Below the pieces are notes generated by a model that saw only the letters and a list, made by a program, of their open reading frames with translations, was not told the DNA's origin and searched no databases. This document shows positions 20,753 to 31,140 of a DNA stretch of 64,000 nucleotides, piece after piece. Source of the stretch: an uncultured virus (IMG/VR IMGVR_UViG_3300033149_004104) (Duplodnaviria > Heunggongvirae > Uroviricota > Caudoviricetes); the IMG/VR virus record IMGVR_UViG_3300033149_004104, positions 62,001 through 126,000 of that record. One strand, given 5' to 3'. Position 1 is the stretch's first letter; every line of letters starts with the position of its first letter. Made by a program: the position numbers and the translations under genes.

Positions 20753-21912
20753 CTTTTAACTTGCTCACGTACTTTATATTTTTCTCTTTTGCGTATTATT
20801 GGAATACTTCTTATTTTATTAATATACTTTAATAGAGCTGCTTTAAAATATTTTTCATTAAATGAATATCCAACCCTTGATTTTTCAATATCTAAAACCG
20901 TATCTAACAATTTATTATAGTTTACGTTATTTACTATCTTAACAAATTCCTCCTCTTTAAATTCTTCAGGTAGTTTATTTAACTGATTAAATACACCAGC
21001 ATCGACAAGATATTTATACATAAGATTATAAAGATATTCGTTTTCAAATAAAGGGCTCTCTATTAAATTAAAAATACTATCTACTTTTTCGGCATTAAGT
21101 AAATTATGTATAAATTCAAACTGATTAGACTGATTCATAATACCCAATTCTTTCTGTACTTCTTCTACAGTATATAACTCCCCTTCCATTACTCTATCAA
21201 GCATTTGTAAAGCATTACGATACGAACCAAGAGCATTGTTAGCTATTAATAAAAGAATTTCGGGCGCTTCTTCTTCAAAAGTTTTAGGGAATCTTTTATC
21301 AGCATATAAAGTATCAACAAGATTGAAAAACACTTCTTTTATATATTTAAAAATATCTTCATAATTTGCCATGTAAAACTTATAAATTTCATATCGTGTC
21401 TTAAGGGCTAAATGAAACTTTTCACTCTCGGTAGTACAAAGAATAATATATACGTTCTTACGAGGTTTTTCACTTAATAAAAGCATAGCCCCTTTTGCTT
21501 GAGCTGAATTTAACAAGTGTGCTTCATCAATTATTATTACCTTATTCTTATCAAAGAAAGGAACATAGGATAGCATATCCGATAAACTTTTAACCCCTTC
21601 TTTACCTAAATCCGTAGCATCTATATAAGTAGTATCCCGTTTAAACCTGCCATCGTTTATATCTTTACATGCTTCACATTTATTACAAGGCTCAACACAA
21701 TCCTTTTTTATAATAGGTTCTTTACAATTGAGAATCTTAGCTATAATAAATGCCAGTGTGCTTTTACCCGTTCCACTATGACCTAGGAACATCATATAGG
21801 AAGGAAAATTATTTTTTAGACTTCTATTTTTAAATTCTTTTACTATTCTCTTATTGCCTTGCATTTCATCTAAAGTTTTTGGTCTATACTGTATTCCTAG
21901 CATATTACTCAT
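20749..21912 (-). CDS. Clamp loader ATPase, DNA polymerase III gamma/tau (DnaX)-like
   Basis: YRPKTLDEMQG, Walker A GHSGTGKST, Zn cluster C...EPCNKCEAC, Walker B IIDEAH, GSYRNAL sensor. Confidence 0.9.
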   Translation of the reverse strand: MSNMLGIQYRPKTLDEMQGNKRIVKEFKNRSLKNNFPSYMMFLGHSGTGKSTLAFIIAKILNCKEPIIKKDCVEPCNKCEACKDINDGRFKRDTTYIDATDLGKEGVKSLSDMLSYVPFFDKNKVIIIDEAHLLNSAQAKGAMLLLSEKPRKNVYIILCTTESEKFHLALKTRYEIYKFYMANYEDIFKYIKEVFFNLVDTLYADKRFPKTFEEEAPEILLLIANNALGSYRNALQMLDRVMEGELYTVEEVQKELGIMNQSNQFEFIHNLLNAEKVDSIFNLIESPLFENEYLYNLMYKYLVDAGVFNQLNKLPEEFKEEEFVKIVNNVNYNKLLDTVLDIEKSRVGYSFNEKYFKAALLKYINKIRSIPIIRKREKYKVREQVKR

Positions 21913-22088
21913 CGTTGCTTTAATCTCCTTATTTTTCTATTTAAAATATCACAATATTGTAAAGCTCGAATACTAAGTACATTAATTTGCAATCTCTCAC
22001 TAATTCTATCTTTATCGTTTCCTTGATTATTAGATGAAAGATATTCAATGTTGTTTAATATTTCTATAATTTGTTTCAATTCATTCAT
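21909..22088 (-). CDS. Small hypothetical protein, 59 aa (not in ORF track)
   Basis: MNELKQIIEILNNIEY...; SD GGAGG; stop overlaps next start (ATGA). Confidence 0.6.
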   Translation of the reverse strand: MNELKQIIEILNNIEYLSSNNQGNDKDRISERLQINVLSIRALQYCDILNRKIRRLKQR

Positions 22089-22104
22089 TATACCGCCTCC
22101 ATTT

Positions 22105-22143
22105 AAAAAATGGAGCCGAGCGATATATTTACCACTCAGCTCC
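22105..22143 (-). terminator. Intrinsic terminator after rIIB
   Basis: Minus strand GGAGCTGAGTGGTA-AATA-TATCGCTCGGCTCC (14 bp, three G-U pairs that form only on this strand) followed by ATTTTTT. Confidence 0.8.
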
Positions 22144-22152
22144 TGACGATGA

Positions 22153-23367
22153 TTAGGAGGATTTATCTACTCTCTCAACCGAAGGGGCTAAGAGTTCTGG
22201 AACTGACAATTTTTTTCCATTCTTTTCGATACAAGCCACTAAATATCTTTTATATGATGTGGCCTGTTTATGACGTACACCATTCCTTATACGATAATTT
22301 TCCATAAATTCCATATTCTCAATTCTGTTAATTGCGTCATCTACTGTCTCATTGGCCTCGATAGTTGTTAGAATATATCCTTTATAATCATTATTAATAT
22401 GTTGCCAATTTGCTTTTCGATATAATACTGAAAAATTTTCTAAATATTTTACTCCATCGTTTTCAGTAAGCCCATATTCATTTTCTAACCAATAATTGTA
22501 ATAATCTTCTTTTTCTTCATATTCCTCCTCTCTATCTGCATCATCATCATATATAAGATAATCACCATCAGATACAAAATAATCTTTAATTTTAGTATTT
22601 TTCCAATCTTCGATAATCTTCACTACTTCATACTTACATACTCTCATTTTAGCATTATTATAGTCTGCTGGTACAGTTACTACATCCTTTGGATTAACTT
22701 TTACTAATACAGTTACATCCCTTTCCGATTCTAATGTACCGTAGTAAAGCAAATAATTATAACTACATACATGAAAGCCATAAGAACATGTCATATATCT
22801 ATCAGGATCAACTTTGTCCCTATCCATTTCAATTATTTCACCTGGAGAATTATTTATACTCCTGGTATAAATGTCAACCAATATGCCCTCTTCATTCCTT
22901 ATTACTTTCTTATAAGCTAAGAAACATCCATCCTCAGTAATTGGTAAATTGTTGTGTTCTAAAAACAAATACAATTCGTTTACACTTTGTGGAGAGGGAT
23001 TTTCCATCATGTTTTCAATAAACTTTACAATACTCTTCCAATCTCCTTGTTGATCAATAACTTCTTCAAGTCTGTCAACAATAGCGGATCTTATCACTGT
23101 ATCTTTATACTTGATAAGCCCATTTTCAATGGTGATTGGACTATCTTTCAGATAATTTTCAAATTTTACTTTTCTGTCCAGTAGTTTCTTAAGACTTTGA
23201 ACTAAACGACTAACGGAATCCTCATCCTCCCATTGATCAAAAGCAAGTAGCATGTGACTTACTGGCTTGTAGTTATCTTCGGTAGAATGAACAGCATAAG
23301 ATACACCGTCCATATACAACTGAATTTCATCCTTTGTCATAAAAAACTGCAATCTGTTCTTATTCAT
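22153..23367 (-). CDS. rIIB: rIIB-like protein
   Basis: NPS...LYLFL...LPITEDGCFLAYKKV, CSYGFHV, VKVNPKDVVTVPADYNNAKMRVCKYEV. Confidence 0.9.
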   Translation of the reverse strand: MNKNRLQFFMTKDEIQLYMDGVSYAVHSTEDNYKPVSHMLLAFDQWEDEDSVSRLVQSLKKLLDRKVKFENYLKDSPITIENGLIKYKDTVIRSAIVDRLEEVIDQQGDWKSIVKFIENMMENPSPQSVNELYLFLEHNNLPITEDGCFLAYKKVIRNEEGILVDIYTRSINNSPGEIIEMDRDKVDPDRYMTCSYGFHVCSYNYLLYYGTLESERDVTVLVKVNPKDVVTVPADYNNAKMRVCKYEVVKIIEDWKNTKIKDYFVSDGDYLIYDDDADREEEYEEKEDYYNYWLENEYGLTENDGVKYLENFSVLYRKANWQHINNDYKGYILTTIEANETVDDAINRIENMEFMENYRIRNGVRHKQATSYKRYLVACIEKNGKKLSVPELLAPSVERVDKSS

Positions 23368-23401
23368 TTTATTTATCCTCCTAATATATAATATATATTT
23401 T

Positions 23402-25639
23402 TTATTGATAGTTTTTAAGTAAATCTATCAATATCTTCACATTTTCTTCTTTTATTCCTACTCCATAATAGTCCTCTATTGAATCCTTGTCCACTATTTT
23501 TAATATCGGGTATTTATCTTCTACCTTTTTAAGCAAATCGCTTGTTTTTATAAACATTTCCGATAATTTTTTATTATTTAATACATCAAATTCATCTACA
23601 GAATATTCAAAATCGTATATTATTTTTTTCAAATTCTTTAAATCCCTCTCAATTTCCGGTATACTACCTTTTCCTTTTTTTCTATTAATTAACTCTTTCA
23701 CATCTTTGTCACTCTCAAATACTTTTTTATCACAATCGTCAACTATCTCTAGTATAGTTACAAGTTTTCTTTCAATATATGATAAGGATTTATCATGATG
23801 CATTAAAAAACTTGTATATCCATATTGTTTTATAGCTTTAGAGCTATTAAATTTTTCTTTCAATAATACTTCTATTGATTTAAAGAATGGTTTGAATTTT
23901 GTTAATTTTTTAAATCTTTTCGTGTTAATTTCGTATCCATTAATTACAAATATTGGAATACTGTCATTAAGCACTTCAAGACTTTTCAAAATATCTAATT
24001 TTAAATTAGGAACTCTTCTATTTTCATCTCTAACATCTTTATACGAATTTCTATATCTTATTACATAGTATAACTGTGAATTATTCTTGTATATATCACT
24101 TTCTAGCAATTCTTTATATGTAAAACTTTTATTTATGCCATCGCAGTTATGTAAAATAGTATAAAATCTATTACTATCTTTATTTTCTGTAGCAGAAGAG
24201 TCTGTTTTACTTCTCTCTCTACCTGGTTTTCTTATATATTTAAGTTCACTTATCTTATTTAGCTCTCCATCAACTCCCAATTTTTGAATATAATCTTCTG
24301 GAATGACTAATGCATGAAAGTTATATTGTCTCATGTTTTGTTTTAATTTGTATATTCCGCTATTTGGATTATTTTCATCATTTATAAAAATTTTTGTCTT
24401 AGGAGACCCGATTTCACTATAAGAAATAAATGAATTTAAAACAGATGATTTTAAAACTACTCTATCTTCATAAGTATCATAAAAAGAACCTTTTTTTTGA
24501 ACTTTAAAAAATTTTATTTTCTTTCTATCATCACTATTATCTATTTCCAATGCCTTTTGTAAAGGTTTTCCTTTATACCAAACGTTTCTATTAATAAAAT
24601 CACGAAAAAAATCAACTTTAGAAACGATAGTATAGTAACTTCTAATCACTTCTAACAATGTCTTATTATCACTGAAATATTCTTCTTGAATTTCATCTTG
24701 AACTTTCTTTACAATTTCTTTTAATTTTAATATAAGATTATTTACAGTTCGTGTATCTAATGAAAGCGCCTCCCTACTTGGGGCAATATCAAGCTTACCA
24801 ATTGGAAATTCTATCACTATAAGTAAACTACGAAGAAAATGCGTAATGATAGTCTTAAGCTCATTGTTTAAAAGATTGCTATCAGATATCAACCCCGATT
24901 TTGATAACGAATCAACTCTATATTCAACGTTCCCTTGCACAGCAATAAGACCGTTGTTATATCGTCCTTTATATATTCTCCAATCACTTCCTTTAAATAT
25001 AGCATCTTTAGGGTATTCAAGTGGAGCAAAATCACCTTCTCCACCTATAACTCTTGGCTTAATCCGAAAGGGGCGAAATACTTCTTTAGCGTTTGCCTCC
25101 CACATGTAAAAGTCTCCCTTATCTACTTCAACTTGTACTTTAACTCCATTATGCTCAGAAGTACTCATCTCTGTTACTTTTGAAATACAAGGAATGTTTT
25201 CCTCATTAAGATAACAGGCATAGATTTTCTTTTCCCCATTATATACCGACTCAACAGTAAAGGATTCCTTATACGCAAAAGGAGATTTACTCCCCAAACC
25301 CAAGACACCCACAAAGTCATTGCTTTCAGTTTTATCGCTTCCAAAATAGCTACTGTATAACGATAAAACTTTTTCCTCACTCATTCCTGTACCATAGTCT
25401 TTAACATAGAAGTATGGTTCAAGGGAATTAGGAAGATGCACTTCAAATGGTTCTCTTTCTTTACCTGCCTCTACATGTGAATCGTATGCATTGGTAGAGA
25501 GCTCACGAATAACAGCCTTTATTTTATTTGTATATAATTTATCTGAGAGAATTTGAAAAGCTTTTGGACTGGCAGTGATAGAAAAATTCTGCCCTTGGAG
25601 ATTAGTTTTTACATTCTTTTTCTTAATCACTAATTGCAT
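23402..25639 (-). CDS. rIIA: rIIA-like protein (GHKL ATPase N-terminus)
   Basis: AFQILSDKLYTNKIKAVIRELSTNAYDSH, DYGTGM, GLGSKSPFAY; adjacent to rIIB. Confidence 0.9.
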   Translation of the reverse strand: MQLVIKKKNVKTNLQGQNFSITASPKAFQILSDKLYTNKIKAVIRELSTNAYDSHVEAGKEREPFEVHLPNSLEPYFYVKDYGTGMSEEKVLSLYSSYFGSDKTESNDFVGVLGLGSKSPFAYKESFTVESVYNGEKKIYACYLNEENIPCISKVTEMSTSEHNGVKVQVEVDKGDFYMWEANAKEVFRPFRIKPRVIGGEGDFAPLEYPKDAIFKGSDWRIYKGRYNNGLIAVQGNVEYRVDSLSKSGLISDSNLLNNELKTIITHFLRSLLIVIEFPIGKLDIAPSREALSLDTRTVNNLILKLKEIVKKVQDEIQEEYFSDNKTLLEVIRSYYTIVSKVDFFRDFINRNVWYKGKPLQKALEIDNSDDRKKIKFFKVQKKGSFYDTYEDRVVLKSSVLNSFISYSEIGSPKTKIFINDENNPNSGIYKLKQNMRQYNFHALVIPEDYIQKLGVDGELNKISELKYIRKPGRERSKTDSSATENKDSNRFYTILHNCDGINKSFTYKELLESDIYKNNSQLYYVIRYRNSYKDVRDENRRVPNLKLDILKSLEVLNDSIPIFVINGYEINTKRFKKLTKFKPFFKSIEVLLKEKFNSSKAIKQYGYTSFLMHHDKSLSYIERKLVTILEIVDDCDKKVFESDKDVKELINRKKGKGSIPEIERDLKNLKKIIYDFEYSVDEFDVLNNKKLSEMFIKTSDLLKKVEDKYPILKIVDKDSIEDYYGVGIKEENVKILIDLLKNYQ

Positions 25640-25723
25640 TTTAAGTCCCTCCTAATCATTTATTGTTATCTATTAATAATATATAAATTTTTGCCAATTT
25701 TTTTAAATTTTTTTTTAAAAAAT

Positions 25724-26704
25724 TTATTTTTTTAAACGCCGTCTTATTTTCTTTTCTATTCTTCCTGGCACATCTCCTACATAATCTTTCTCAATTTCCC
25801 TCACAATTTCTTTTTCTACCGTAGATTCTTCATTTTTTATAATAGGAGAGGATTCTATTTTTTCCCTTTTAGGTTCTGCTAGAGCAGCAGGTTTCAGTTT
25901 TACACGTTTCTCATCTTTTTTACTTTTCTTTTTAATCCCTTTATTTTTTCTTTTATCGCTATTATAAAACTCTATTGATACATTACCCGCTACCATAAGC
26001 AGTACAGCAAAGGGGTCAAATACAACACATAGAAGAATAATAAGAACACGAGCTGCATTATCATAAAAATCTTGCGCATTTTTTTCTCCATAAATAATCA
26101 TTGCTATATATTTAACTGGGCCTACGTTCACTTCATAAGACTCCTTTTCATTTTTTAACTTATAAATTTGATCTTGATACTGAGCAATATTATCTTCTGC
26201 TTGTTTAATACGATTTCTTAATTCAATTCTTTCGCTTTCCTGTTCCTCTCTTTTTTTCAAAGCTATCGTTATAACATTTAAATCAATATAACTTTGTAAA
26301 GCGTCATCTAATAAATTAATATCTTTTTGAGCTCGATCTATTTCTCTCCGTTCACGTTTAATTAAGTTTTCAAGTCTTTCTATTTCATTATCATATCGGA
26401 TTGCTACAACTCTTTGTCCTACATAAGCTTTTGACAAATATCCAAAAATCCCAATAGTTGAAATAATAATAAGAATAATAATAGCAATAAAGAAATAAAC
26501 TTTGATAAGATTTTTAGATTTTTTCCATGTACTATAGAGCCAGAGAGTGGCAGATATTTTAGCCAACTCCATAGAGGCGCCCATTATCGTAACTCCCCAT
26601 AAAGCGCCGCTAAATATGGTGCGTATACCTGTAATAGAGAAAATTGCTGATATAATAGAAAGAACAACAGCAGATATTATTGAGAGAATCCCTATTATAG
26701 GCAT
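25724..26704 (-). CDS. Multi-TM coiled-coil membrane protein common in large myoviruses
   Basis: SAIFSITG...MELAKI...GIFGYLSKA...VGPVKYIA...VFDPFAVLL. Confidence 0.7.
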   Translation of the reverse strand: MPIIGILSIISAVVLSIISAIFSITGIRTIFSGALWGVTIMGASMELAKISATLWLYSTWKKSKNLIKVYFFIAIIILIIISTIGIFGYLSKAYVGQRVVAIRYDNEIERLENLIKRERREIDRAQKDINLLDDALQSYIDLNVITIALKKREEQESERIELRNRIKQAEDNIAQYQDQIYKLKNEKESYEVNVGPVKYIAMIIYGEKNAQDFYDNAARVLIILLCVVFDPFAVLLMVAGNVSIEFYNSDKRKNKGIKKKSKKDEKRVKLKPAALAEPKREKIESSPIIKNEESTVEKEIVREIEKDYVGDVPGRIEKKIRRRLKK

Positions 26705-26726
26705 AATATATTAGTTAACGGAGGTT

Positions 26727-27182
26727 TTAAAAAGTCTCTATGACATCAATTTCTCGTATCTTCTCCTCCAATTTCTCTCGTAATATATTCTTACTTTTGC
26801 GATAACTTGTATCTCTAGAATCGATATAATAAAGTAACTCATATATCTGCTCACCTGTCAGCTCGATAAATATATCATGTGGTTGCATCAACAATTTTAA
26901 AGTATCTCGGCTAACGAGTCTAAAATCATTTCTTTTACAAGGGCCTAGAAATCCTAAATCTCCATTTAGAATATCCACCCCCATAAACCCTTCTTCTTCT
27001 GAAATATTCAATGCCGGATTTTCAGTCCACACTACACGACCTATAATTTCTCCGTTTGTAACTATGTCTCCAGTTTTAAATTGAATATGAGGGGTCTTTT
27101 TATACTCTTCGATTTGTTTTCTTTTATATTCCTCTTCTAATTTATCTATAGCATCTCTTAATTTTTGAAAAATTTCTTCCAT
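26727..27182 (-). CDS. Hypothetical protein
   Basis: 151 aa; SD AGGAG. Confidence 0.6.
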   Translation of the reverse strand: MEEIFQKLRDAIDKLEEEYKRKQIEEYKKTPHIQFKTGDIVTNGEIIGRVVWTENPALNISEEEGFMGVDILNGDLGFLGPCKRNDFRLVSRDTLKLLMQPHDIFIELTGEQIYELLYYIDSRDTSYRKSKNILREKLEEKIREIDVIETF

Positions 27183-27448
27183 ATTTTACTCCTGTTTTTA
27201 ATTTTTATTTTTCTTTCTAATCGTTCTTGAAATCCGATAAGAGCTAAAGCAAATTCCAGCACAAAATATTCTCTTGCAATATCTGTGTTACTATAAAACC
27301 GTTCTCCTAATATCCGATTATTAATAGCTTCGGTGATTTGATTAATATCCTGAATGAATGCGATTTCATTATCTTCTGACAATTCCTGTAAAAATGAAAA
27401 ACCAACAGTAAACAATACCATTAGAATTTCACATATAATCTTTTGCAT
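27158..27448 (-). pseudogene. Truncated duplicate of 27532..27942
   Basis: First ~76 aa nearly identical to the paralog, then runs into the upstream region and start of 26727..27182 in another frame. Confidence 0.65.
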
Positions 27449-27531
27449 ATTTATACTCCCCTTCTAATTTGTCTATAGCATCTCTTAATCTTTGAAAAAT
27501 TTCTTCCATATTTTACTCCTGTTTTTAATTT

Positions 27532-27942
27532 TTATTCCCCTTCCCAAACTTTCTCTTTTAATACCTCTTTAAGAGTTACATTATGCCAATTAATATTTTC
27601 TTTCCTATACTCATCGAAAAGGTATTCTACCATGTAGCCCAATATTCTTGATATTTTAATATCGTTTATCATTTCGATTTTATTTTCCTCACTTAAAAAA
27701 CCGTAATTATCAATTCGTTCTTGAAATTCAATAAGAGCTAAAGCAAATCCCAGCACAAAATATTCTCTTGCAATATCTGTGCTACTATAAAACCGTTCTC
27801 CTAATATCCGATTATTAATAGCTTCGGTGATTTGATTAATATCCTGAATGAATGCGATTTCATCATCTTCTGACAATTCTTGTGAAAATGAAAAACCAAC
27901 AATAAACAATACCATTAGAATTACACACATAATCTTTTTCAT
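27532..27942 (-). CDS. Exported hypothetical protein with signal peptide
   Basis: MKKIMCVILMVLFIVGFSFS signal-like N-terminus; SD AAGGAG. Confidence 0.65.
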   Translation of the reverse strand: MKKIMCVILMVLFIVGFSFSQELSEDDEIAFIQDINQITEAINNRILGERFYSSTDIAREYFVLGFALALIEFQERIDNYGFLSEENKIEMINDIKISRILGYMVEYLFDEYRKENINWHNVTLKEVLKEKVWEGE

Positions 27943-27969
27943 ATTTATACTCCTTTGTCTTTAAATTTT

Positions 27970-28155
27970 TTATAAGTTTTCTATATTGATCAATTCTCCA
28001 TGCTCAGCATTAAAATCAAATCTTCTTCCTTCTGCATAGATACTATTATCAATAATTTTAAAATTGCTGTTTAACAGCACAAATAAGGCTTTAAATTTTT
28101 CAAAGTCATTACTTAAACCGCTAATTTTAATAATTTCACTTGGTACTCTCATCAT
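27970..28155 (-). CDS. Small hypothetical protein
   Basis: 61 aa; coupled to upstream gene. Confidence 0.5.
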   Translation of the reverse strand: MMRVPSEIIKISGLSNDFEKFKALFVLLNSNFKIIDNSIYAEGRRFDFNAEHGELINIENL

Positions 28156-28364
28156 ATTACCCCCTTACTATCATTTATTTGAAATTTACCACAATAATCT
28201 TCCGCTCCGTATGTTACAGGAAACCGCTCGGGATTTCTTGTAACATTTGATATCGTAACAGATATCGCAGGAGGATTAAACCTGCATTCTCCTATTTTCT
28301 TATTATTTAATTTTTGTTTCCAATATAAACAATCTTTACATGTATACCTGCTCATAAATTTCAC
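28152..28364 (-). CDS. Small Cys-rich phage protein
   Basis: CKDCLYW...GECRFNPP...FPVT...DYCGKF. Confidence 0.65.
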   Translation of the reverse strand: MKFMSRYTCKDCLYWKQKLNNKKIGECRFNPPAISVTISNVTRNPERFPVTYGAEDYCGKFQINDSKGVI

Positions 28365-28993
28365 ACCCCCATTACTTTTTTAAGAGTTTCTTCAACATTA
28401 TTTCCGGGAATTACTCTATTAAAATTATACTTTTGAGACAAATACTCGTATGCAATTCTTACTCTTTGAATAGATTCTGTATCCATGTTTTCGTATATAT
28501 CATTTACGTTTTTTTCTTCTTTTATATCAGCAATTTGAAAAGGGAAATAAAATACCATATCAGGTTCAAGATTCAGAACTGATATTTTACTTAAAAAGTA
28601 TGAAAGTTGTAAATCTTTATCCAGATCATATTTATATATAATTTGCTTCCCATACAATTGATAAGCAAATGTACTATACCACCACCGGTCACAAATTACG
28701 GTTTTCCCATCTTTTAAAGCGGGCAATACTATCTTAGTGACATGCTCTACTTTATCAGCAAGAAATAGAAAAAAATTTGTTAAATCATGAATTTGCCAAC
28801 GCTTATCCTTGCATAAACTCCTAAGCAAGGGGGCTAAAATACCATAATTATCATCCCCAGGTTGAAATGTAAATATCGCTTTAATTCCTGTATTATTTAA
28901 ATATTTTACCATCGCTCTAGCAACAGATGTCTTGCCTGTTTTATCTATTCCCTCGAATACTATTAGCTTATTTCTAAATTTATCTAGTTTCAT
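28361..28993 (-). CDS. tmk: Thymidylate (dNMP) kinase
   Basis: IVFEGIDKTGKTS P-loop, FLFLADK, VICDRWWYSTFAYQ, PDMVFY. Confidence 0.9.
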   Translation of the reverse strand: MKLDKFRNKLIVFEGIDKTGKTSVARAMVKYLNNTGIKAIFTFQPGDDNYGILAPLLRSLCKDKRWQIHDLTNFFLFLADKVEHVTKIVLPALKDGKTVICDRWWYSTFAYQLYGKQIIYKYDLDKDLQLSYFLSKISVLNLEPDMVFYFPFQIADIKEEKNVNDIYENMDTESIQRVRIAYEYLSQKYNFNRVIPGNNVEETLKKVMGV

Positions 28994-29065
28994 CTATATT
29001 ATTCCCCGTCTTTAAAAATGGCGCTATTCTTTAATAATAATAATATATACTTTTTTTAAAAAAAT

Positions 29066-29986
29066 TTAAACTAAGAAGTCAGGATATCCTCTGACAAAAC
29101 ATATTCTATCTAAACCAAATTCATCTATTATTTCCTGAAATCGCCTTCTAAAGGATACGCCACTTTTATACTTTGTGTATAGATCGCCTCCTCCGAAATC
29201 AAACCCTGATAAAAATATTTTGTCAAAACCTTCATACAATGCCTGTAAAATCCAAAAATACCCCGTATTACCTTTTCTATCATTATAGTAAAATACATTA
29301 TTCCCTCTTGTACTATATAAACTAAACTTTTTACTTTTATAATTTTGTATTTCTCTAAAAAGTTTCTTATCCAATACTCCAATACGAGTAAATGGCAAAT
29401 CTTCTTTATATGCATGGTTACACCCCCATAGCTCGCCTTTCCAATTTTGTATAAAAGAAATATCAGGCTCCTCTGTCCTGGTTACCCCGTTACCTAAAAT
29501 GAGCACCTTATTAGAGAAATCATTATATATGGTTTCCCCATACAATTTTACTTCTTCTTGTATAATTCCATCATAATCATTCTCTATAAAATATATATTA
29601 TCACTAAAATTAAAATCATGAGATAGCTTCTGTAAATCCCGTATCCAGTTAGCTTTATTCTTCTTTTCGTGATTGGTTCTTCCTAGGTTAATTCCGCAAA
29701 TATAGATATTCTTATATTCCTCGGTTAATGCATGATAAATGGCAAAAGAAAATAAATTGAGATTAGAACCATCCGTATTACATAATATATCAAAATTTTT
29801 ACCAAATTCTCTTTTATACTCCTGCGCTTTAAACAAGCCAAGATTATCTACAAATATTTTACTAAATTGAATTGATTTATCTAGAAAACGAAAATTGAAT
29901 CCCCATATTTCCTCTTTCCATTCTTTAACAAATTGTTTAGATTCTTTACATAGATTATCGTTGCCGAGAATTAGGATACTTTTCAT
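29066..29986 (-). CDS. Double-domain sialyltransferase-fold protein (GT29/GT42/DUF115-like), paralog 3
   Basis: Two repeats of ILGN(G)...W(G)xN...GxxxG(G); first repeat degenerate. Confidence 0.55.
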   Translation of the reverse strand: MKSILILGNDNLCKESKQFVKEWKEEIWGFNFRFLDKSIQFSKIFVDNLGLFKAQEYKREFGKNFDILCNTDGSNLNLFSFAIYHALTEEYKNIYICGINLGRTNHEKKNKANWIRDLQKLSHDFNFSDNIYFIENDYDGIIQEEVKLYGETIYNDFSNKVLILGNGVTRTEEPDISFIQNWKGELWGCNHAYKEDLPFTRIGVLDKKLFREIQNYKSKKFSLYSTRGNNVFYYNDRKGNTGYFWILQALYEGFDKIFLSGFDFGGGDLYTKYKSGVSFRRRFQEIIDEFGLDRICFVRGYPDFLV

Positions 29987-31140
29987 ATTAAAAAATCGGG
30001 CTGTTTTCCAATGAATGACATATTCTTAATCCCAAATTCTTTACTAACAGATAAAAACTGTTTTTTAAATAGCGCCCCATTTTGTTCACTGGAATTATAA
30101 ATATTTGAATTATCAAAATCAAATCCTCCTAAAACAATCTCTTCAAATTCTTCATAAATAGCCTGTAAAACAAGAAGAATTCCTGTACTCCAATTTCTCT
30201 GTTCTTTGAATAGAAAGACTCCCAATTGCTTATTTTCATATTCTTCAAATCCATCAAACTTTAAAGTAAATATATCATAATCATAATTATTGTTAAGCTT
30301 ATATTGAAGCGCCTTATCAACCATATATTTTTCTCTACAGCCAACTGCTTTAATAGTCCTTACATTTTCCACTTCTCTATATGCTTCATTACATACCCAT
30401 ATCCTATGTCGCCACTTATTTATAAATTTTTTAACTGATGGTTGTAGACGAGATTTGCCATTCCCCAATATTAAAACTTTTTCATTTAATACAATATGAG
30501 CGTTCTTATTATTTACCTCAAGATGATTTATCCCCTTTAAATACAATTTTGCATAATAATCTGAAGGCTCATCACTCATAATAAAAGGCTTATGATCCTT
30601 CCCTATAAATATTACTTTATCCAGTCCAAGCTCATCTCGTATAAGTCGCCAATTCCTTACCCATTTCTCCTTATTCTTTATATGATGATTTTGTACATAT
30701 ATATCTTTTCCACCTAGATCAAATCCAATTACATAAATTTTATCATATCCTTTTATTATAGCCCTTGCTACCAAGGTACTGCCAGAGTCTTTAATAAATA
30801 ATCCAGGAATATCAATCATTTCTACACCCGGAAGCGTTTTAGCTTTTGGATTTTTTCCAAATATGCGATATTTACCCCCGTATCTTTTTTTATATTCTAC
30901 AATTTCTTTTAATGCCGATATATCGCCAATTATTAAATCTAATCTTGGAAGCGAACCGTTATAGTATTCTAAATAAGCTGAATTACAGGCCCAAATTTCC
31001 CCGCTCCATTTTTGTATAAAATCCTGATGTTCTAATCTTGATATTCCATTTCCAACAATAAGCACTTCTTTTATTTTTTTTATAGAATTCTGGTGGCTGT
31101 TATTTAAATTTTTATTTTCAATAATTGAAGGATTTTTCAT
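29983..31140 (-). CDS. Double-domain sialyltransferase-fold protein, paralog 2
   Basis: VGNGISR..WACN..DSG..GFDLGG, then LGNGKSR..WVCN..STG..GFDF. Confidence 0.6.
   Translation of the reverse strand: MKNPSIIENKNLNNSHQNSIKKIKEVLIVGNGISRLEHQDFIQKWSGEIWACNSAYLEYYNGSLPRLDLIIGDISALKEIVEYKKRYGGKYRIFGKNPKAKTLPGVEMIDIPGLFIKDSGSTLVARAIIKGYDKIYVIGFDLGGKDIYVQNHHIKNKEKWVRNWRLIRDELGLDKVIFIGKDHKPFIMSDEPSDYYAKLYLKGINHLEVNNKNAHIVLNEKVLILGNGKSRLQPSVKKFINKWRHRIWVCNEAYREVENVRTIKAVGCREKYMVDKALQYKLNNNYDYDIFTLKFDGFEEYENKQLGVFLFKEQRNWSTGILLVLQAIYEEFEEIVLGGFDFDNSNIYNSSEQNGALFKKQFLSVSKEFGIKNMSFIGKQPDFLI

Larger units (their letters stand above)
27134..27953. repeat. Nested near-identical duplication: 27134-27209 ~ 27461-27536 and 27219-27459 ~ 27712-27953
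   Basis: Direct reading of the sequence; only scattered substitutions between copies. Confidence 0.9.
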
